Positions 37,071 to 48,802 of a DNA stretch of 64,000 bases are shown piece by piece (position 1 is the first letter of the stretch; every line of letters starts with the position of its first letter). The position numbers were made by a program, and so were the translations under genes. This DNA comes from an uncultured Candidatus Saccharibacteria bacterium (GTDB taxonomy: Bacteria; Patescibacteriota; Minisyncoccia; Minisyncoccales; JAGMDC01). A model generated the notes under the pieces. The model did not search any database. It saw nothing but the letters and a program-made list of their open reading frames with translations, and was not told the origin of the DNA. The stretch spans positions 53,286 through 117,285 of the forward strand of contig CAZTQA010000002.1 in assembly GCA_964615205.1 (NCBI GenBank). The letters run 5' to 3'.

Positions 37071-40000
37071 ATGAATATAAGCGTGGTTGAATAATCACCG
37101 GCTAATTGGGTGGTTGGAACCGAGGATTTAACAGTCATGCGGTAAGTGCCACCAGTATCTGCTTGGGAAACCGGCTGGCTGTAATCGCTAATAACATTGC
37201 CGGGGCTAGTAGAAGGAAACTTAGCATAGTTGCTGCCTGAATTGTAGCGGTCGGAACCTTCAACTAAAGGATCATTAGAAGTATAGCCAAATCCGCAATA
37301 GCTGCTGTTGTCTTTGCAATAGCCGCTCCATTCTAACGGAGAACTGTAAGTGCCAGAGAAATCATCTATATATATAGTAGAGGGAAAATCAACATGACGG
37401 AAAACATTAGGCGTATAAGCGCTTGAAGCCCAACTGGTTACCATGTAGCCATGGCTGGCACTGGTAGTCACCTTTAAATCAAGCCAGTCAGTACTGGTAA
37501 AGTTAGGCGATTCTAAAGTGCCGATTTCAAGTGTTGGCGGATCATCTGTATCGCTGTCAACAATCTCAAAATCCAGGCCTGGCCGCAGACCGCAATAGAA
37601 AGTGCCATAAGTTGGCGGATCATCTATGGATGGTTCAGTATTATTAGCATCAATATCTTCCCTGCGCCAGTCATAACTACCGCTGTCGCCAATAATATTA
37701 TCATGACCTCCTCCAGAATAATAATTGGAAATAACATACTTGTTATCGCCTGCCCACTCGTAATAATCATATTCTCCATAACTGGTCTGCCATTTCACAT
37801 ATAAATTATAGTAATAGAAGGTATAACCAGAAGAAGTTCTGGAATATTCCCTAATCCTAATAGCGCCATTATTGTTTGGCTGGGGAATCTTGCCATTGCT
37901 GTCAGTGCCAGTTTCCTGATAAGTTGAGGCACTGCCCCAGGAACCACTGCTATATTTCCAAACAGTTGGTTGGGGCGTGCCAGAGTTTTCAGAAATGACC
38001 ACATCAGTATCACCTGTATCAATATTAGCCAAAGTCCCAGCATCAACCAAATGCGCACCAACATACCAATCACTATTCAATGTCGCCCCAGCAGCCGGCG
38101 CAGCTGGCTCACTACTGCTATCTAAAACCGTATTCAAGGCAGTGACTGTGCCGGAATTGACTTTCATGTAATCTACCTTGGCTTCCTGGATAATTAATTC
38201 TGAACCAGTGTCATTGTTGAAATTCCAGGAACCAGAAGCTGGCGCGTAAGTGACAGTGGTCTTGTCGTTTAAAGCGCTCTCCCCGCCTTTAATTTCCAAA
38301 TTCTCTCCAGAACCAACTGTCACTGTAGCATTTTCTTGGATAGTCACTTGGCATTGCCGAGTAACTCCAGCACCATCAAAATCCTTGGCATATGACCAGT
38401 AATCAGTTGCACTGTCTGGCACAGCATAAGCGCCCCAAATAGATAAGTAGCCGTCATTAGCTGCGTGGTCCATTGAATACAAACTACCAGAAATATTATA
38501 GGTGGAAGCTGAAGAATCCCACATCCTGATATATTGGCCAGCGCTAACATTGATTGTTCCGTAAACATCACCGCCAATGTTTTTGATGTCATTAATGCAG
38601 TAGCTGCCTGAACCATCTAAGACTAAAATAGAACTGGTCCAGGTAGTTGATAAGCCACCAACATTGTTCTTGAATTGGCCTTGCACAGTAATTGTCCTGT
38701 CAGTAGCGTCAAAGCTGTTCAAGCTGGTCAAAGTAAAGTTATTGGTAGCCTTCAATTCATTGGTAGAGATCGTCCAACCTCCGCCAGAATTGTTAAAAAC
38801 AATATTGTAAAAAGTTTTGCCAGCAGCAGTGCCGTCAGTAACAATGGTTTCGCCGGTATTTGCTGAATCAAAGGTAACTGTGCCTTCTTGACTAGTGAAT
38901 GTGCCTGAATTAGACCAGGAACCTCCAACATTAATAGCATAATAACTGCCTGAAACATCTAATGTAGAATTAGCATTAGCAATAGTCAAATCATTTTCCA
39001 CATCAATAGCTCCGCTTAAGGTAACTGTATTGGCGCTGCTCTTGGCTACTTGCAAGTCATAGAAGTCATGATTTTCATCAGTGCCTCCTGGAGACAAAGC
39101 GCTGGCAGTTGTTTCATCAAAGACAACAGTAGTAGGATAAGTTTCTGATTCCTGGGCAGTAAAAGTAGCTCCTCCTGCTACTGTCCAGTCAGTGCCCAAA
39201 TTAATAATTGTGCCATTGCCAGGTTCATTAGCACCGCCAGATTCAGTGCAATCCAAAGTGCCATTAACTGTCACAAAAGTACCAATATTCAAATCCCAGC
39301 CATGAGTTTCAAATTTATCACCACTGGCTACTGTTAAACTGTCAGCTGTCATATCGCTCTTTAATTTGGTCACAGCTGGTGAATTTCCTATTTGTACTGT
39401 CCCCATATTCTCTTTAGTGCCATTTGAATCAGTAAAATAACGAGGATAAGTATCATCACCGCCGTCAAAGATTAGAGTGCCTGAACCTTTGGTGTAATCG
39501 CCACCGCTTTCAATGGTTAAATCTCCATAAACAGTTAAGCTATTGGTACTGCCAACGAAACTAGCAGCGTTCTTAATCAAGAAAGTGCTGGTGGCTGATA
39601 AAGTAGAATTGCCAAATGCCAGAACAGGATTATTAGTATCTGCTTTCAAAGTAACTGCATTAGTTCCATCACCAATTGTCACATTGTTATTAGCTACAAT
39701 GTTACCTAGAATTGTATAATTCGGCGTGCCGCTGGTTGGACTGAATTCCAAATTATAATAAGTGGTGCTGGTAATATTAGTAGCTGATGTACCAGTATAT
39801 TTAATTGTAGAATTGTTGTAAGTGAAAGTGCCATTCTTCACAAATGGCGTTGTTGACCCAGTCAAAGTAATGGTTTTATTAGACCCGTCAAAGATATGGT
39901 TATTAGTACTGCCAGCAATAGTTAAAACATTATTAACTGTAAAATCACTAGCAGCAGTAGTTGTGCCAGTTTCAGTGTTGTCGCCTAAAGAAAGATTGTA

Positions 40001-43000
40001 AAAAGTGATTCCTCCGCTACCGCCGCCGAGGTTGCCAGTGTCGAGAATAGTTGTTGTGCCAGCAGAACAGCCGGAACAAGTAATTGTGCCCGTTGAAGCA
40101 GTGGTTAAAGCACCGCCAGTGATATTCAGATTCTGGCTATTCAAAGCTAATTCTTGTGCATCAGCTACAGCTAAGGTATATGTTTTAACTCCAGTGGAAA
40201 GTTGAATCTTTGGCGTATCAGAACCTCCAGTAATGGAGACAATGCCAAGGTTTTGTTTAGTTCCATTATCATCTGCCCAGGTTTTGGTGCCGCTGACTGT
40301 CCAGGTCAAGGTAGCTGAATCACTCTTAGTCCAGACACTGGGTGAATTTAAATCTAAATTGCCTTTTAAGGTAATGGCTGGACTATAAGTATTCCAGTCA
40401 ATGGTTGGCGTATTGGTTTCATTACCAATAGTTAAGTTGCCATTAATGGTAATTGTTTGTGAACCAGTTGTAGCTAAATGATAAGTAGTATTAGCTGAAG
40501 GTTTTAATTCTAAATTATTAAAAGTGGTTTGCTGGATATCGCTTTCAGATGAGCCAGTGAATTTAACTGTATTACTATTAGCATTAAAGGTTCCTGAATT
40601 AATATACAAAGGTCTGGATGTACCTGTGCCAGAACCAGAAAGAGTCAGGGTTTCATTATCACCAGTATAAGTGCCAACTATTTCTAATTGGCCAGTGCTG
40701 ACATCAGCATCAGTGCCTGGTGCATAAGTATCTCCGGTATTAATGTATGTCTTGACTGTAGAAGCAGTGGACAAATCTCCTGATGCAACTGTATAAAGTA
40801 CATCGGTATCTTCTCCTGAATCCCAAAGAGCTAATTTGGCATTTGTTACTGAAGTAGAAGTCTGGCTTTCTATCCTTAAAGTATCTTTGTATACATTAAT
40901 ACTAAAATACTAACATTTTCCCCATTAGACAAGGTCACTGAAACACCATCTTCTGTTTCTCCTTCCATATAAACTGAAATCAATTTGTTAGCAGCTGGCT
41001 CGGGAATATCAGCTACAGAAAAATAGCCAGTATCAGCATTGCAGGTGGTCGTGTAAGTTGTATCGTCTTCCACGCTGATTTTGACATTGGGAGTAGATCC
41101 ATCGCATTCATCCCACTTAGTAGGCGTGACGTCTTCATACATATAGCCGGAAATAGTGATGTTAGCTGGGCTATACTCGCCATCCAGTTCTATGGCTGTA
41201 ATGCGTATCATAAGATAATCAGGACCTTTGGATTTGCTGTAGCCCCAAGTAAAAAGAAGAACTGCTCCATCCCAAACTGTTTTATTATTGTTGCCCTGAA
41301 GAGTAAAAGGTTGAGTCGCCTTGGCGTAAGAGCTAGTACTAATATTAGTCCATTGGCAAATAGTGACTTGATTGGTCAAAGCAGCTCCTTCTTCTGATTC
41401 AAAGATTTGAGCGTAAAGAGTAACCTGATCATCGTCTCTAGCGCCAGCTGCTTTTACCACTACATCAATATTGAGCGAATCCATAGAAACAAAATCAGAA
41501 GGCATATTATCAAGGGTAAAGTATTGACTAGCATTAGTGGCATCATCATCATTTACCACATAGCTTGTGTCATTATCGTGGCTTTCAGCGTCATCATTGA
41601 CTGAATCCCAACAATCTTGATTAGCGGCAGCGCACTCATTGGATAAGCCTGTATTGAATGTATTCGTGTAACCATCTGAACTATCTGAATCAGGCCTTAT
41701 ATCAGACACAGGCATATCTGAAACAATCTGCCACTGCCTTGCTTCGGCAAAAATAAAACTTGTCTCTTGTTGCTTGTCACTAAATACAATACCGTCATTT
41801 GATCCAGTAGTAGTTTCTATAGATGTTATCGAAGTTGGACTTTGATAGCTGGTTTTGTTGGATCTAAATTCCAAAAGACCAAGAAAATATACATAAGGGC
41901 TAATATCTGGCGCATCAAATTGATAACTTAATTCATAAATCTGACCTGCTTGCCAATCAACATCCCAAGTAGTTGAACCAGTGATTTCAAAACAAGCTGG
42001 CACTTGTTCTATTATCTGGCCATTAAAATCCTGATTAGCTTTTACTTTTATGGTCATCTGATAATCAGCTGGCGGGTAAATTCTGGTTGGACCGATTCTT
42101 TCCACCTCAAAAGGAACTTTTTGCCAAACCTCAAAAGAATCTGTAATTTCATAACCATTATCAAGGTTGGTGAGTTTAATGTCGTAAATACCCAACTCCC
42201 CTGTTTGGTAATAAGAAAAGTAATCAGGTATATCAACAACATTATTGGGTCCGCAAAGACCTGATCTCTGCATTTCTGGATGACTAACACTTTTGTCAGG
42301 AGCAGTAATCTCCAATAACAAATTACTATCGCATATAGTATCGCCATTATCTGCTAAAGCAGCCATCTGCAGATAGGCCTGTTCTCCAGACACATATATT
42401 GATTTGTTGACATTAATAGCCAAAACTCCCCAGATAAAATCCTGTGTAAATTCTTTAACATCTCCGTCTTCTTCAATTTTTAAAATAATCTTGTAAAGGC
42501 CGGGCTTAAGATTCAGAGGTTTTTTAATTTTTACAGAAAAATCACCATTGTCTTTTTTAGAAACTTCTGTTTCAATTTCAGAATTTAGTTCATTGTAGAA
42601 ATTCTTGATTTCTATTGTCAGATTGACATCCTCCCAAAAATCATAGGCGCCGATTAGTTCTTCAATAGAATCAACAAAAGAAAACAAAATGTTTTTTTCT
42701 TTTTTATTATAGCGGAAATCAAATTCCGGCTCTTCTCTAGCTTGAAAATTCCTTTTAGAAGAAAGTTTGTTGATTTTAGGTTCCTCTTCTTTTTTCTCGT
42801 CATAAATTAGTTCTAGCCAAACAGCATCAAGATAAACCATTAGTCTTTCTGATGAATTGTTATTAGTTAAATAGCTGACTCTTATCTTTAAATTGTTAAT
42901 CTCCTGCCAATCAAAATCAGCTGGTAGACTAAAAGAGAAAAAGCCGAAATTTAAAGCATTGGAATATTCCTGGTTTTGATTAAAGGTAACCAGATTATTC

Positions 43001-43953
43001 CAGGACTGGTTATCTAAAGACCACTCCAATAATACCTGGTCATTTTCTAATTCTCTACCCTGGCTGGCAAAAGAAAAATTAACATTCATTTTTTGGATTT
43101 CTTTTGCTTCATCAAAAGCATCTTCCTTAGGTAGAGAAAAACTGGAAACAATCAAGCTTGCCTGTTCCGTAAAGATAACTACTTCTTCTTGTCCTTTGTC
43201 GCTTGTCTCTTGCTGGCTTGTTTCTTGCTGCCCCGGCATTTCTCCATCAACTGTTGGAAGAATGACTTCTACTCCCTCTTGAGGAGAAGAAATCGTTTCT
43301 TCTGAATCAACCATTTCTTTTACGCCTTCTAAGAATATAGTTGTAGTATTTACTGAAGATATACCCTTTTCACTAAAAATAGAACTATTTAACGTATCGG
43401 GTAGATTTAAAGTATCGGATAGTTTAATAAAAGCTGAATTCTGGCTATTAAAACTATTTAAATCGCTATTATTGCTTAAATCCAAAATTAAAACATTGTG
43501 TGGGTTCTGCCATTCTGTTCCTCCATTTGATTGAAGCGACCAAACAGTAGGAAAAACCTCTATTTTTTGCTCTTTTTTAGGAAAAGCGTAGATAACTAAA
43601 GCTGAAATACCGATAATCAAAAACACTAAAACGCTTGGCAAGGCATAATGAAGACCCTCTGAAAAGTTGTGCTTAAAAGCGGGAAGGAAACGAGATAGTT
43701 TTTTACTCCAAAAAAACTTCTTAATCTTTAAATTTTTACCTATTTTCTTTTCTTTTTTCTTCTTAATCTTGTAATTAAGAACTGTTTCAGGATTAATCAC
43801 CCAGGTTTTGCCTAAAGAAATTGATTTACCTTTTATTTTCTTGGTCCTTATCAAATATCCAATGTAATCAGAACTATAACCGGATAATTTAGCCGCTTCT
43901 TTAAGAGAAATATATTCGTCCTTCTTTCTTTTTATATCTTTTTTTCTTTTCAT
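37052..43953 (-). pseudogene. Giant (~2,300 aa) HTH-TM-adhesin split into two ORFs by an 8-bp duplication
   Basis: ORFs 40876-44028 and 37052-40774 join in frame if one AATACTAA copy at 40898-40913 is removed; N-terminal ISLKEAAKLSGYSSDYIGYLIR HTH, TM, beta-rich repeats, C-terminal AGDYSTTLIFICTAQY. Confidence 0.75.
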
Positions 43954-44037
43954 TTTATCGCGAGGGTCGAGATTTCTACAATTTTTCAACCATTCTCTTA
44001 TTTTAACAAATAAAAAAGAGCTGGACAACAGCTCTGC

Positions 44038-44046
44038 TGTGGATAA
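44038..44046. promoter_or_regulatory. DnaA-box consensus upstream of the giant adhesin gene
   Basis: TGTGGATAA, exact match, intergenic. Confidence 0.45.
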
Positions 44047-44064
44047 TTTTATCTAAAAAAATAC

Positions 44065-45267
44065 TCATTCAAGATAGTGGTTGTAATCATCAACTATGGT
44101 TAACTTAATACCCAATTCTTTTAATTTCTGTTGGGCATTAGATCCGATTTTTTTTACTATAATCTCGTCCGGATCAATGGATTTAACAAACCTCATTCCA
44201 AATCCGCGTCCTTTCTCAAAGTAAGGATTTTCAACCGTCTGTTTTTCTAAAATTTCATTATCTTCTTTATCAATAATTAAATATTCAGAAGAGCCAAAAT
44301 CATCACAAGGTTTTCCATCTTTAAAAGGAATGACAATTCTGTAACCTTTTTTCTCTAAACCTAAAGAAACAAATTTTTTATGAAAAGATTTTCCCCCACC
44401 CCATTTAGATCTAATAAATCCTTGCTTAACTTTATGGGATTCAATTTGAATCAATAAATATTCCAGATTTTTAATGTTTTTGATTAACTCCTCCTGCATC
44501 TTTTTTGAAATGACTTCTGCTTCTTCTACCCTTAAGCGAGCTTCTAATTTAATAGTTGCTTCAGCTAAAGTGGCTGAACCAATTTTCTGACTTTTCAAAG
44601 AAACCAGTTCGATGTTTTTCTCCTGGCAGTAATTTCTGATAGCTTGTTCTGTTTTTTCATCTCTTACTCCCAAAAGATTATCCACCACTTCCCTGCCCAA
44701 ACCAAAACTTTCTTTAAGAATATATAAGCCGATAGCTACGGCCATAATTCCATCGGCATAAATAAAATAAGGGGTTAAAATTAGGCCGGCTAAAACCCCT
44801 AAAGAAGAAAAAACATCTGCCCGTGAGTGCTGGGCATCAGCAATTAAAGCTAAGCTTTCTTCCTGGCGGCCGTACTTAAACTTTAATCTTGCCATGGATT
44901 CAACTAAGATTATGGAAATTATAACCACCACAAAACCAATCAGACTTAACTGAACTGTTTCTTTGTCCAAAATACTTTTAAGGCCGTTAAAAACAATCAA
45001 AATGGCAGAAAAAACCAGAAGAAAAACAACCATTAAACCGCTGACAGTTTCAGCTGCATAATAACCATAAGGATGTTTTTCATCAACCGGCTTCTTGGAT
45101 ACTTTGATGCCGATATAAACGCCTAAAGAAGAAATGAAATCAGTTATGGAATGAATGCCGTCAGCTAAAAGAGCAGAGCTGTTAATCAGCAAGCCAATCA
45201 GGGCTTTGGCTAAACCAATGACTGCATTAACTAAAACTGATAAAATTGAAACTGATTCTTTATTCAT
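44065..45267 (-). CDS. Cation diffusion facilitator fused to a NifB/NifX-like domain
   Basis: ALLADGIHSITD, DEKHPYGY, ADAQHSRAD; C-terminal FGSSEYLII...VENPY...IGSNA domain. Confidence 0.85.
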   Translation of the reverse strand: MNKESVSILSVLVNAVIGLAKALIGLLINSSALLADGIHSITDFISSLGVYIGIKVSKKPVDEKHPYGYYAAETVSGLMVVFLLVFSAILIVFNGLKSILDKETVQLSLIGFVVVIISIILVESMARLKFKYGRQEESLALIADAQHSRADVFSSLGVLAGLILTPYFIYADGIMAVAIGLYILKESFGLGREVVDNLLGVRDEKTEQAIRNYCQEKNIELVSLKSQKIGSATLAEATIKLEARLRVEEAEVISKKMQEELIKNIKNLEYLLIQIESHKVKQGFIRSKWGGGKSFHKKFVSLGLEKKGYRIVIPFKDGKPCDDFGSSEYLIIDKEDNEILEKQTVENPYFEKGRGFGMRFVKSIDPDEIIVKKIGSNAQQKLKELGIKLTIVDDYNHYLE

Positions 45268-45270
45268 AAG

Positions 45271-45831
45271 CTACTTTTTGATTAAATTTAAAAGATTATC
45301 AAAAATTTCAGCGCCAGAGGTTTTTTTAATAGACATTTCGGGATGAAACTGGAAAGCATAAATCATTTTTTTCCTGTGTTTAATTATTTCAAATCCGTCT
45401 TTTGACTCTGCCAAGCCAATAAAATCTTTGGGCAGTTTTTTAAGAGCCCAACAATGGGATTCATAAACTTTGAAATCTGAAGAATTTAATATTTCGTCTT
45501 TTTTTATAACCTTAATTTTAACTATGCCTGTTCTCTTTTTTGATAGTTTTACTGACCTTCCCCCAAAAGCATAAGCAATTAATTTAAGACCGAAACAAAT
45601 CCCCAGAACAGGTTTCTTGGTTTTTCTGACTAATTCAACTTCTTTAGAAAGCTGTTTTCTGAATTTATTTTTTGAATCTGATTTCCTGCCGGAAAGAATA
45701 ATCAAATCAAACTTATCTGCTTCAGATAGGCCAATCTGTAAAGGGTTAATAATGGTAACGCTTTTAGGGACAAGCATTCTTTTTAAATTCCTGAAATGCT
45801 TTGTACCGTTGTTGATGACGAGGATATTCAC
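45271..45831 (-). CDS. Class I glutamine amidotransferase (standalone)
   Basis: PVLGICFG nucleophile elbow; FQFHPE. Confidence 0.85.
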   Translation of the reverse strand: MNILVINNGTKHFRNLKRMLVPKSVTIINPLQIGLSEADKFDLIILSGRKSDSKNKFRKQLSKEVELVRKTKKPVLGICFGLKLIAYAFGGRSVKLSKKRTGIVKIKVIKKDEILNSSDFKVYESHCWALKKLPKDFIGLAESKDGFEIIKHRKKMIYAFQFHPEMSIKKTSGAEIFDNLLNLIKK

Positions 45832-45832
45832 A

Positions 45833-46618
45833 TTAATTAATCTCGTAAGTGATACTCACCGCAACGGTTATTTTGTTTTCCCCGGTTTCTATCTGGGGCG
45901 AAGGAGCTTCATCAACCATTCCTATTCCAGCTGCCTTCTCCAAACCATAATAATAAGGAGAAGAACTGCTTTCATTGAAATTAACAATTCTTACCAAATC
46001 AACATCCAATTCTTCAGCCAATCCTTTAGCTTTGTTCTTGGCTTTTTCAATGGCCTGGCTTCGGGCTTGTCTCTTTAATTCTTCCTCATCATCTATGGTA
46101 AACTGTAAATCACCCACTTGATTAGAACCAGCTTGGGTAGCTTCTTGGATAATATCCCCTATCTTGCCCATATTCCTGATTTTAACTTCCAGATTCTGAC
46201 GAACTTCGTAACCGACCAGGACCCTTTCCCCTTCATAATAATCCCCGTTTCTCCATTCATAACGGGGATAAAGATTAAAGCTGGTGGTTTTTAAATCTTT
46301 GTCTTCCACGCCTTCATTTTTAACTGATGCAATAACCGCATTCATTTCTTGCGTATTCTGGTTTATGGCTTCAGCCACTGTTTCAGCTTCATTGACAACG
46401 CTAAAATCAACTACTGCCAAATCCGGCTTAGCGTAAACTTCTCCGCTGTCAGAAACTGTAATTGTATTCTTGCTTTCAATTTCCTGGCCGATATACTTGC
46501 TTTGCTTAATCTGATTCTGAATAATAACTACAGTTAAGAAAAACAAAGCTACGAGAAGAATGACCACAACCCAAACAAGCAAAGGAAATAATTTTTCGTT
46601 TTTTGATTTTAAATTCAT
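45833..46618 (-). CDS. SIMPL/DUF541 domain protein
   Basis: ITVSDSGEVYAKPD; ARSQAIEKAKNKA; GENKITVAVSITYEI. Confidence 0.88.
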   Translation of the reverse strand: MNLKSKNEKLFPLLVWVVVILLVALFFLTVVIIQNQIKQSKYIGQEIESKNTITVSDSGEVYAKPDLAVVDFSVVNEAETVAEAINQNTQEMNAVIASVKNEGVEDKDLKTTSFNLYPRYEWRNGDYYEGERVLVGYEVRQNLEVKIRNMGKIGDIIQEATQAGSNQVGDLQFTIDDEEELKRQARSQAIEKAKNKAKGLAEELDVDLVRIVNFNESSSSPYYYGLEKAAGIGMVDEAPSPQIETGENKITVAVSITYEIN

Positions 46619-46658
46619 ATTTTTGTTTTAAAATTCTAATACGACCTTTCTTTTTTCA

Positions 46659-47633
46659 TTAAACTCTTTTCATATACTTTTTATTCAAAGAATAACCCAA
46701 ATATCCTATGAACATTATGCTGAATCCGGCAATAATCAGGGAAATAGGCCATCCTAAATTATCACTGAAAAAATCTACTGTTATTCTGTCTATTTCTGCA
46801 AAAGTAAAGATTATAGAAAAAATTAGAAGAATCCTGTTTTTCCGAACAATGCTTATTAAGAACGAAATAAATAAAAGAACAGGAAAAGCAAAAAGCCAAA
46901 GACTGCTATCAAAACTTAAGGCAAAAGTTGAACTAAGTAAAAAAACAGCTCCCAAAAGATGAAAAATGTTAACCAGGTTCTTTCGATAACTTTTAAAACG
47001 TTCGGCTAAGGCAAAATAACCCAATCCCAATATAACTAAAGAATATAGGATTACATCCAAGCTTAGCTCCCCTGCTAATAAAGTTACAGAGCTTAAGAAA
47101 AGACCTGATATAGATACAACAGAAAAAAGAAGAAAAATATTATTTCTAAGAAGCAAAAAAGAAATATCGTAAATTATGAAAAGGATAAAAAAATATAAAG
47201 AAATGTATCTGTATTCTAATAAAGGAAAGCTAACTAAGTCAAAAAAAGTTATTAATCCTAAGGGCAGGAGAAAATTAGAAAGAATAAAGGACACATTGCT
47301 GAATACCCTTAGCTTGGAAGAAGCATAATACAAATAATAACCAATAGTATAAAAAGTAAGAGTTAAAGCTAAAGTAAAAATCACCCTGATGGGCTCATTC
47401 TGGCCCATCCAAAATTGAGAAATAAATATAGTGAAACCTAAAATAATAATTAATGCCCCTAAGAAATAAAATATTTTTTGGAAGCTAAAATCAGACTCTT
47501 TGCTGGCTTTCTTATCTTTTTCGGGAAATAAAACTAAAACCTGTTCTCTGGTAATTATCCCTTGATCTGCCAGTTCTTTGATTCGTTTTAATATCTTGTT
47601 GTCGCCTGATTGTGATGTTTCTATATTATCCAT
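46659..47633 (-). CDS. DUF2157-like multi-pass membrane protein
   Basis: QGIITREQ N-terminus, YFLGALIIILG...W pattern, many TM segments. Confidence 0.65.
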   Translation of the reverse strand: MDNIETSQSGDNKILKRIKELADQGIITREQVLVLFPEKDKKASKESDFSFQKIFYFLGALIIILGFTIFISQFWMGQNEPIRVIFTLALTLTFYTIGYYLYYASSKLRVFSNVSFILSNFLLPLGLITFFDLVSFPLLEYRYISLYFFILFIIYDISFLLLRNNIFLLFSVVSISGLFLSSVTLLAGELSLDVILYSLVILGLGYFALAERFKSYRKNLVNIFHLLGAVFLLSSTFALSFDSSLWLFAFPVLLFISFLISIVRKNRILLIFSIIFTFAEIDRITVDFFSDNLGWPISLIIAGFSIMFIGYLGYSLNKKYMKRV

Positions 47634-47698
47634 TTTGTTTTCTTTATTTTTAATATATTTATATATTTTACAAAAAAACGAGTAATAATGTCAAACAA

Positions 47699-48766
47699 TT
47701 AAGCGCTGCTTTTAATGGTAATGACATCGCCGTCCTGAACAATATATTCTTTTCCCTCAGTACGAATAAGGCCTTTTTCCCTGGCTTGGCTGAAACCGCC
47801 TGCATCAACCAGCTCCTGCCATTTGATGACTTCTGCTTTAATAAAATATTTTTCAAAATCACTATGGATAATTCCTCCTGCCCGGGGCGCTTTCTCTCCT
47901 CCCTTTAATGTCCAAGCCCGTGTCTCATCACTGCCGGTGGTAAAGAAAGTTATTAAATCCAGAAGCTTATAGCATTCTTTTATCAAACTGTTTAATTTCA
48001 ATTCTACGGGTATGCCAAAAGTTTTTCTTTCTTCCAAGGAAAGATCGACTCCGTCAAATTCTGTTAAAACATCCATAATGAGAGACTGCCAGTTGTTTTT
48101 CTTAAAAATATCTTTTACTTCTTGAGAAACATCTTTTTCAGAACCGTTGAGTAAAAACAACCTTGGTTTTAGAGTTAACAACTGATAATTATTCAAAATT
48201 CTATTTTCTTCTTCACTCCATTCCTGCTCACTTAGAATCTTTTCCTGCTTTAAAAATTCCTGGGCTTTTTTTAATACCTCCTGTTCTATCTTGGCTTCTT
48301 TTTTTCCAGCTTTTATGTCCCTATCTAAATCCGGGATTCTCTTTTCCACTGTTTCAAGGTCTTTTAAAGCCATTTCTATATCCAGAACTTCTTTGTCTTT
48401 AAGAATATCTATTTCTGACTGGGTATTAATAATATCCTTGTTCTGAAAACAACGAAGAATATAGACGATAGCATCTGTTTCACGAATACTGGCTAAAAAC
48501 TTATTTCCCAGCCCCTCCCCTTTGTTAGCACCCTTTATTAATCCGGCAATATCCACAAATTCAATGGTGGTATAAATCTTTTTAGCTGATTGCGTCAATT
48601 GGGCTAATTTATCCACTCTTTCATCAGGCACTGCCACTACTCCTACATTAGGATCAATGGTGCAAAAAGGATAGTTGGAACGTTTGACTTGTTTTTTAGT
48701 TATGGCTTGGAATAATGTTGATTTTCCCACATTAGGTAAACCAACAATACCTATGGATAAAGACAT
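47699..48766 (-). CDS. ychF: Obg-like ATPase YchF
   Basis: GIVGLPNVGKST, NYPFCTIDPN, DIAGL, GEGLGNKFL; C-terminal TGS domain. Confidence 0.95.
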   Translation of the reverse strand: MSLSIGIVGLPNVGKSTLFQAITKKQVKRSNYPFCTIDPNVGVVAVPDERVDKLAQLTQSAKKIYTTIEFVDIAGLIKGANKGEGLGNKFLASIRETDAIVYILRCFQNKDIINTQSEIDILKDKEVLDIEMALKDLETVEKRIPDLDRDIKAGKKEAKIEQEVLKKAQEFLKQEKILSEQEWSEEENRILNNYQLLTLKPRLFLLNGSEKDVSQEVKDIFKKNNWQSLIMDVLTEFDGVDLSLEERKTFGIPVELKLNSLIKECYKLLDLITFFTTGSDETRAWTLKGGEKAPRAGGIIHSDFEKYFIKAEVIKWQELVDAGGFSQAREKGLIRTEGKEYIVQDGDVITIKSSA

Positions 48767-48802
48767 AGGTTAATTTAAATTAAAGGGTAACAAATTTTAC
48801 TA

